Position numbers and translations under genes: made by a program
Shown here: positions 58,319 to 64,000 of the stretch, in pieces
Layout: every line of letters begins with the position of its first letter
Numbering within the stretch: the first letter of the stretch is position 1
The notes under the pieces: generated by a model
Database searches by the model: none
What the model was told of the DNA's origin: nothing
The model's input: only the letters and a program-made list of their open reading frames with translations
From: an uncultured Solirubrobacteraceae bacterium
Lineage (GTDB): Bacteria > Actinomycetota > Thermoleophilia > Solirubrobacterales > Solirubrobacteraceae
Length of the DNA: 64,000 nt
NCBI GenBank assembly: GCA_963731395.1
Contig: CAVSVH010000005.1
Location: 27,845 to 91,844 of the forward strand
Direction of reading: 5' to 3'

Positions 58319-59215
58319 TCAGGAGGCAAGTGAGCTCAGCGAGCACACACCGACGATGATCAGAATGACCCCCACAACCTGCGTCGCGCGGAGCCGCTCG
58401 TCAAACAGTAATCGACCGATGCCGGCGCTGAACGCGCCTGCGAGCGTCGCTAGGACCGCGGCCACCGCAATGCCGTGTCGCGCGCCCCAGGTGTACGCGA
58501 AGAAGCCGACCACCTCGCAGACGCCCGACAGCAACAGCCAGCGGCCGGCGCCGTGCGGCGATCGTAGTCGCCCAGTCAGGGCAAGCGGCACAGTGACTGC
58601 GAGTACGCCGACCACTCGAGGCGGCATGACCGCCCAGGCGGCGGGCAGCACGGCGCCCGCGCGTCCGATGCCGTACAGCCCCGCCCCGAAGCACAGCGCT
58701 CCCAGCGACGCCCACGCGGCCGGTCGGCGGTCGCCATTGCTGTGCGCCTGAGCGACGGGGAGGCCATCATCGGCCGGTGGCCGACCGACGGGCTGTTTGG
58801 TGCTTGGTCGACGTGAGATCGCGGTCATAACGACCCCGACCACGGTCGTGATCAATGCTGCGGCACGCGTCGCGCTCACTGACTGCCCGGCGACTATCGC
58901 AATGAGAGCAGCGATCCCACCCTCGGTCGTCACGATCGGCATGACGACACTCATCTGACCGCCCCGCAACGCGTGGTACATGAGCAGCAGACCGGCCACA
59001 TTTCCCGTCCCGCCGACCAGCAGCCAGAGCACCGACGCCGGCGATAGCGAGGCGCCACGGGAGAATGGCAGGACCAGCGTGACCAGCCCTAGTCCGATCA
59101 GCATCACCCAGGCGAGCGTCAGCAACGAGCCTTGCTGGCGGGCGGCACGTGAAGCGCCGATCGAGCCGACGGCCCACACGATCGCCGCACCAAGCCCACC
59201 AAGTACCGCGACCAT
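58319..59215 (-). CDS. EamA/DMT family transporter
   Basis: 10 TM in two repeats; GQMSVVMPI, LFDERL. Confidence 0.85.
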   Translation of the reverse strand: MVAVLGGLGAAIVWAVGSIGASRAARQQGSLLTLAWVMLIGLGLVTLVLPFSRGASLSPASVLWLLVGGTGNVAGLLLMYHALRGGQMSVVMPIVTTEGGIAALIAIVAGQSVSATRAAALITTVVGVVMTAISRRPSTKQPVGRPPADDGLPVAQAHSNGDRRPAAWASLGALCFGAGLYGIGRAGAVLPAAWAVMPPRVVGVLAVTVPLALTGRLRSPHGAGRWLLLSGVCEVVGFFAYTWGARHGIAVAAVLATLAGAFSAGIGRLLFDERLRATQVVGVILIIVGVCSLSSLAS

Positions 59216-59397
59216 CAGCTGCGGCGGGCGCTCACGTGCCGCCGGGGCGCGAAACTGTGTTCATCGCCGTCTCGGCATTCTCGACTCCGAGCGCCCGTAG
59301 TCACGGCCTCAACGGCCGACGCTCAAGGATATGGGCGCCGTGCGAAATCCTGGCCATGCGACGGCCGCGCAGAGCTTCTCTGCGCGGCCGTCTGATC

Positions 59398-61317
59398 TCA
59401 GGTGCTGGCCTGCGGGACATAGCCGGCGCTCCCGGCGGCGCCGGCATCGCCATCCTGCACTCTGAGGATCCGCTCGTTCATCTGTCGGCTGACCTCGACG
59501 AACGGGACCTCCCGTCGCAGCGTGATCACCGGGATCCCGCAGCGCTCGGCCTCTTCGAGAGCTGCCGGCGGGAACTCGGAGAACGCGCGGCCGGCCAGCT
59601 CGACGACGAGTCCGGCGACGCCGGCCTCGGCAAGGGAGCTGATGTAGCGGCGCTGCTCCTCGGCCGTCTCGCCGAGGCCGAGCCCGGCGGTCAGCAGCAG
59701 CTCCCCGCCCCGGAGATAGCCGGCGATGTCGGCTATCTCGCCGGTGTGCACCCACCGAACGATGCGGTCTAGGCCGGTGTTGCCCGTCGCCACCCGGGCG
59801 TCTCCCCGCCTGAGAACCTCCATCTGAAGGGCATCTGCCACGGTCAGACCGGCGGCGTGCTGGGACGCCAGATCGTGCGCCTCTCGGCCCTTCGGCAGGG
59901 CAAAGAAGTAGATGAGTATTCCCGCCGCGACAACGATGGCTAGGCCGATGCCAACATGCTTGGGGTTCTGGTAGATCAGCACGAACGAGAGGAGGGCGCA
60001 CCACACGACAGCGAGCGGAAAGACAAGGACCCAGCCTCGAACGCGGAAGGCCGCCCGCGCAGCTCTTCCGCGCAGCTTGGCTACGGTCAGCGACCCGATC
60101 AGGAGCCCGTAGCCGGCAAGCCAGAGGACGACCGTCATCGCGATCAGGACGCTGTACAGCGAACTCCAGAGGACTAGCAAAAAGGCGATGATTCCGGCCA
60201 GCCAGACGCCGTTGGCCGGCACCTTGTCTCTGTTGAGCCTGCTCAAGAGGCGGGCAGCTGGGAACTCCCCGTCACGCGCTTGCGCCCAGATGACGCGCGC
60301 CCCGGCCATCTGCAGCACCACGGCGCTGACATACAACCCGTAAACCGCAAGCACCTCGAACGTCTTGGCCAGCGGATGACCGAGCACGGGGTTCAAGATG
60401 AAGGTCACCGGCTGCGGGGCGGCTAGCGTCTTGGAAAAGCTAGTCAACGCCAGCAACAGCAGCAGAATCACGATGGTGCCGAACAGATAGGAGCCCGCGT
60501 TAGCGAACACCATGGCCCGCGGGACTGCGTGCTGGGCGTCCTTGGTCTCCTCGCTGGCATTCCCGCTGACGTCGAACCCGTTAATGACGATGGCCGGCAG
60601 TAGCGCTGCGTAAAGCAACGGCAGTACGTACGAGCCGTGGACGGTGCCTTGGGTTGTGAATAGGTAATGGCCGCTGTTGACGTGGTGGGATCCGAATAGC
60701 AGCTCGGCACCAACGCCGACCACCACCAGCACGCACGCGGCGAGCGTCGCGATCACCCCCACGTTGACGAAGCTCGAGGACAGCTTGACGCTCAGGATGT
60801 TGATCAGCGTGGACAGAAGGATGAGTACGGCGACCACCCCCACGGTCTGCCAATGCGAAAGCGAACTGACCCCGAACCAACCCACGATGATGGGAGCGAT
60901 CGCGACGCACGATCCGGAGACGGAGACGATGTGCGCGATCTCAATCCACCAGCCCGTCTGCCATCCGGCGAAGCGCCCCGCCAGCCGCGACACGATGTTA
61001 TAGGACGCACCGGCTACCGGGTAAGCCGAGCAGGCCTCCGCAACGCACCACGCGACCACCACCTGTAGCGCGCCGGCGATCACCCACGTCCACATAGTGG
61101 CTGGACCGACCGCCACCAGCCCCACCGAAAGCGTGAAGACAATGCCTCCGATCGGCGCGATCTGCCCGAACTGCAGGCAAAAGTTGGAGAATACTCCAAG
61201 CGCTCGTTTGAGTTCAGGCTTGTACCCGAGCTGCTCGAGGTACTCGTCGTCACCCTCCGAGCCGGCATCGAGCAGCGAATCGCGATTCACGAACCTGGTG
61301 TCAGTTTGGACACTCAT
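59398..61317 (-). CDS. APC-family amino acid/amine permease fused to a C-terminal PucR-type ligand-binding domain
   Basis: LEQLGYKPELKRALG, 12 TM, GFDVSGNASEET; then GLDRIVRWVHTGE...LRGGELLLTAG...PFVEVSR. Confidence 0.9.
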   Translation of the reverse strand: MSVQTDTRFVNRDSLLDAGSEGDDEYLEQLGYKPELKRALGVFSNFCLQFGQIAPIGGIVFTLSVGLVAVGPATMWTWVIAGALQVVVAWCVAEACSAYPVAGASYNIVSRLAGRFAGWQTGWWIEIAHIVSVSGSCVAIAPIIVGWFGVSSLSHWQTVGVVAVLILLSTLINILSVKLSSSFVNVGVIATLAACVLVVVGVGAELLFGSHHVNSGHYLFTTQGTVHGSYVLPLLYAALLPAIVINGFDVSGNASEETKDAQHAVPRAMVFANAGSYLFGTIVILLLLLALTSFSKTLAAPQPVTFILNPVLGHPLAKTFEVLAVYGLYVSAVVLQMAGARVIWAQARDGEFPAARLLSRLNRDKVPANGVWLAGIIAFLLVLWSSLYSVLIAMTVVLWLAGYGLLIGSLTVAKLRGRAARAAFRVRGWVLVFPLAVVWCALLSFVLIYQNPKHVGIGLAIVVAAGILIYFFALPKGREAHDLASQHAAGLTVADALQMEVLRRGDARVATGNTGLDRIVRWVHTGEIADIAGYLRGGELLLTAGLGLGETAEEQRRYISSLAEAGVAGLVVELAGRAFSEFPPAALEEAERCGIPVITLRREVPFVEVSRQMNERILRVQDGDAGAAGSAGYVPQAST

Positions 61318-61441
61318 ACTCTGCCCTCCCTCAAAGGCCGATTGGAGCCTTGAACCTAAACGACGTGAAGACCGCGGCCTAGAGGCAAAGCGTGAAAATG
61401 GCGCGGCGAAGATTGCACGTAGCGTGCAATCGCCGCCCAGG

Positions 61442-63049
61442 TCATGCTGTCAAGTCTCCGCTGGCAGCAATCCGCAGGACGTTGGCGGCGATCGTCAGCG
61501 CCGGGTTGACGGCCGCCGACGACGGGAACACCGAGCTGTCGCACAGCCAGAGGTTCTCCACCTCGTGGGTTCGCCCAGCGGGGTCGGTGACGGATGAGGA
61601 GGGATCATCGCCCATGACCGCCGTCCCGCACTGGTGTGAATTCGTCGCGATCCCCATGCGCTGTGTGAATACGAGCGGGTAACCCGCCCCGCGGACGAGC
61701 TCGGTGACGCGCTTGACGAGTTTGGTGTGCGAGGTGGTGTTTGTCGGCTCCCAGTCGACGACGAGGCGTCCGCCGCGGGCTGTCACGAAGCTCTTGGGCG
61801 ACGGAACGTCCTCCGTCGTCAGATACAGGTCGACGCTGTGGCTGGTCATGTAGTCGAGCACCGCCATCGGGATCCGTGACCGGGCGGCTTTGATCATTGC
61901 GCCCTGCAGCTTCCCGAGCATCTGCAGGTTGCCGAGTGGGTGCGGCTCCGCCGGCGTGCCCAGGTAGAAGTCGTTCATCCCGAGCGTCTTCTGGAAGCGG
62001 ACGTCGTTGCGCCGTCGTGGATCCACGGCCACCATGAACGTGCTGTTGTGCACCATGTAGTTGCGTCCCACCTGTTGGGAGGCGTTTGCGAGGCCGGCGG
62101 GATGCTTGTCGTCGCGGGAGTGCAGCAGCAGCGCCGCGGTATTCACGGCGCCGCAGGCCAGAACGAAGCGCCCCGCGCGGATGCGCAGGCGCCGACCATC
62201 GCGCACGGCCAGCGCGGAGGCGACGCGGGCGCCCGCGGCGTCGGTTTCGAGTCGATCGACGCGCGTTCTCGTCAACAGCCGGACGCCGGCCCGCGCGGCG
62301 GGCAGTGCGGCACATAGCTCAGCGTCGGCCTTGGCGTCGACCATGCACGGGAAGCCGTCGCAGGTGCGACAGCGCACGCAGCGGCCCCCCTCTCGGCGGT
62401 CGATGCCGGTCGGCATCGAAAACGGGTGCACGCCCTGGGCGGCCAAGGCCTCAGCCAGCGCGGCGATCGGCGGTTCATGCTCGAGCGGGGGATATGGGTA
62501 TTCGGTGGAACGCCATGGGTCGCTCGGGTCCTCGCCGCTGCGGCCGTGCACCAGGTAGATGCGCTCTGCCTCGGTGTAGAACGGTTCCAGCTCGGCGTAA
62601 CTGACGGGCCAGGGTCGCGAGACGCCGTCGGGGTGTTCGATGGGGCCAAAGTCAGCCTCGCGGAAGCGGGGCAGGCAGGCGCCGTAGACCTTTGTGTTGC
62701 CGCCGACGTAGTAGTAGACGCCCGGGCTGAACGGCGTGCCGCGGTTGTCGTACCAATCCTCCGCAGTTTTGTAGCGGCCCTTCAGGTGGACGTCGTCCGG
62801 CGACCAGTTCTCCCACTCGCGGGGCAGGAAGTCGCCGCGATCCACGAGGATGACGCGCGCTCCGGTGTCGCGCAAGGCGTAGGCGAGCGTCGCGCCACCC
62901 ATGCCCGAGCCGATTATTGCGATGTCGCACTGGACGTCTCCGTCGGGCTCCAGGACCGCGTCTGACGGAAGCAGGACATCCTGCGGGCGCGTCTGCTGCG
63001 AAAACGTCTGACGGTCGCCCTCAAGGGGATACGGCGGTATGGCGGCCAT
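61442..63049 (-). CDS. GMC family oxidoreductase
   Basis: IIGSGMGG, YVGGNTKVYGA, CVRCRTCDGFPC, HQCGT, AVNPALTIAAN. Confidence 0.93.
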   Translation of the reverse strand: MAAIPPYPLEGDRQTFSQQTRPQDVLLPSDAVLEPDGDVQCDIAIIGSGMGGATLAYALRDTGARVILVDRGDFLPREWENWSPDDVHLKGRYKTAEDWYDNRGTPFSPGVYYYVGGNTKVYGACLPRFREADFGPIEHPDGVSRPWPVSYAELEPFYTEAERIYLVHGRSGEDPSDPWRSTEYPYPPLEHEPPIAALAEALAAQGVHPFSMPTGIDRREGGRCVRCRTCDGFPCMVDAKADAELCAALPAARAGVRLLTRTRVDRLETDAAGARVASALAVRDGRRLRIRAGRFVLACGAVNTAALLLHSRDDKHPAGLANASQQVGRNYMVHNSTFMVAVDPRRRNDVRFQKTLGMNDFYLGTPAEPHPLGNLQMLGKLQGAMIKAARSRIPMAVLDYMTSHSVDLYLTTEDVPSPKSFVTARGGRLVVDWEPTNTTSHTKLVKRVTELVRGAGYPLVFTQRMGIATNSHQCGTAVMGDDPSSSVTDPAGRTHEVENLWLCDSSVFPSSAAVNPALTIAANVLRIAASGDLTA

Positions 63050-64000
63050 GTGGTTCCTTTGTGTTCGCGGGCGTCGTGGTGGTGGCGTTTGACGGTCCTG
63101 GCACCGGGCTCGTTACTGCACCGCTGGAGGTGCCATCCGCGGGTGCCCGTCGATCCCCGCCGTCTCCGAAGAGGTGGGCTCGCGTGGCGCTGCGGTCAAG
63201 CCGATAGCGCGCGGTGATCGCGTGTCCTTGCATCTCCTCGGCATCGCAGATCGCGGCTACCGCGGGGGCGACGCGGATGCTGCCCTCCGGTGTCGCCCGC
63301 TGGTAGGTCACCGTCTTGAGGAACTTGCCGACCCACAGGCCGCCTGTGTATCGGGCTGCTCGTCCTGTCGGGAGGATGTGGTTGGTGCCGATTGCCTTAT
63401 CGCCGTAGGCCACCGTAGTGTTGGATGTGAGGAAGAGCGAGCCGTAGTTGCGCAACCGGTCGCGGAACCACAACGGGTTGCGGGTGTGGACCTCGACATG
63501 CTCGGCGGCGTACTCGTCGGCCACCCGCAGCAGCTCGTCGTCGTCCTCACAGACGATGACGGCACCGTGATCGGCCCATGCTTGGCGGGCGACCTCGGCC
63601 GTCGGCCACACGGCCAGCCAGCGGTCGATCTCCCCGAGCACCGCCGCGCCGAGCTCGCGCGACGTCGTGGCCAGCCAACAGGGCGAGCCGGGCCCGTGCT
63701 CGGCCTGACCCAGTAGATCCACGGCGATCAGCTCGGCGCTGGCGGAGTCGTCCGCTAGCACCAGCACTTCGGTTGGGCCGGCCAGCAGGTCGATCCCGAT
63801 CGGCCCGAAGAGCTGGCGCTTTGCTTCGGTGACGTACTGGTTGCCGGCGCCGACGATGAAGTCGACGGGCATGAAGCCCTCAAAGCCGTAGGCCAGCGCG
63901 GCGAGCGCCTGGACCCCACCGATGCACAGGATCTCGTCGGCGCCCGAGGCAGCCATCGCGTAGAGCTGAGCGGGATGGATGCCGCCGCCGGGACGCGGCG
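63021..64000 (-). CDS. Histidinol dehydrogenase homologue (HpsN-like clade); 5' end outside the window
   Basis: GGVQA, GAGNQYV, GIDLLAGPTE, DLLGQAEHG, AAEH, YGDKAIGTNHILPT. Confidence 0.88.
   Translation of the reverse strand, partial: PRPGGGIHPAQLYAMAASGADEILCIGGVQALAALAYGFEGFMPVDFIVGAGNQYVTEAKRQLFGPIGIDLLAGPTEVLVLADDSASAELIAVDLLGQAEHGPGSPCWLATTSRELGAAVLGEIDRWLAVWPTAEVARQAWADHGAVIVCEDDDELLRVADEYAAEHVEVHTRNPLWFRDRLRNYGSLFLTSNTTVAYGDKAIGTNHILPTGRAARYTGGLWVGKFLKTVTYQRATPEGSIRVAPAVAAICDAEEMQGHAITARYRLDRSATRAHLFGDGGDRRAPADGTSSGAVTSPVPGPSNATTTTPANTKEPHGRHTAVSP

Overview
High-GC actinobacterial DNA; the gene set suggests Thermoleophilia/Solirubrobacterales, which is an inference. About 1-9.8 kb looks like core chromosome: glycosyltransferase-like protein, GtrA, phosphodiesterase, aminotransferase-ddl, DUF151, MaoC, LysR and a divergent RpoD-family sigma. 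The rest is an accessory patchwork. It holds ClC, a stand-alone UMP kinase, a PoxB-like enzyme, a four-gene polyol-phosphate operon, a DyP/DUF4331/crotonase/sulfite-oxidase operon, a VanRS-like system with DD-carboxypeptidase and MacAB-like ABC, a NarL-type two-component system, an ECF42/YciI-MFS module, a roughly 10 kb ECF-sigma/Asp23 stress island and a HisD-like/GMC/APC-PucR operon. Gene remnants (GST, MFS, resolvase, MalT-like, IS256, MobF) are scattered between these blocks. No rRNA, tRNA or CRISPR array was seen. The best novelty candidates are: (1) a structured RNA of about 220 nt transcribed divergently from the LysR gene; (2) back-to-back identical ECF promoters linking an ECF sigma to the Asp23 island; (3) an APC permease fused to a PucR domain; (4) a VanS-like kinase whose sensor N-terminus appears to have been swapped; (5) the DyP operon, which shares a palindromic operator with a second locus. 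All product calls come from motif recognition by eye; no database searches were run.
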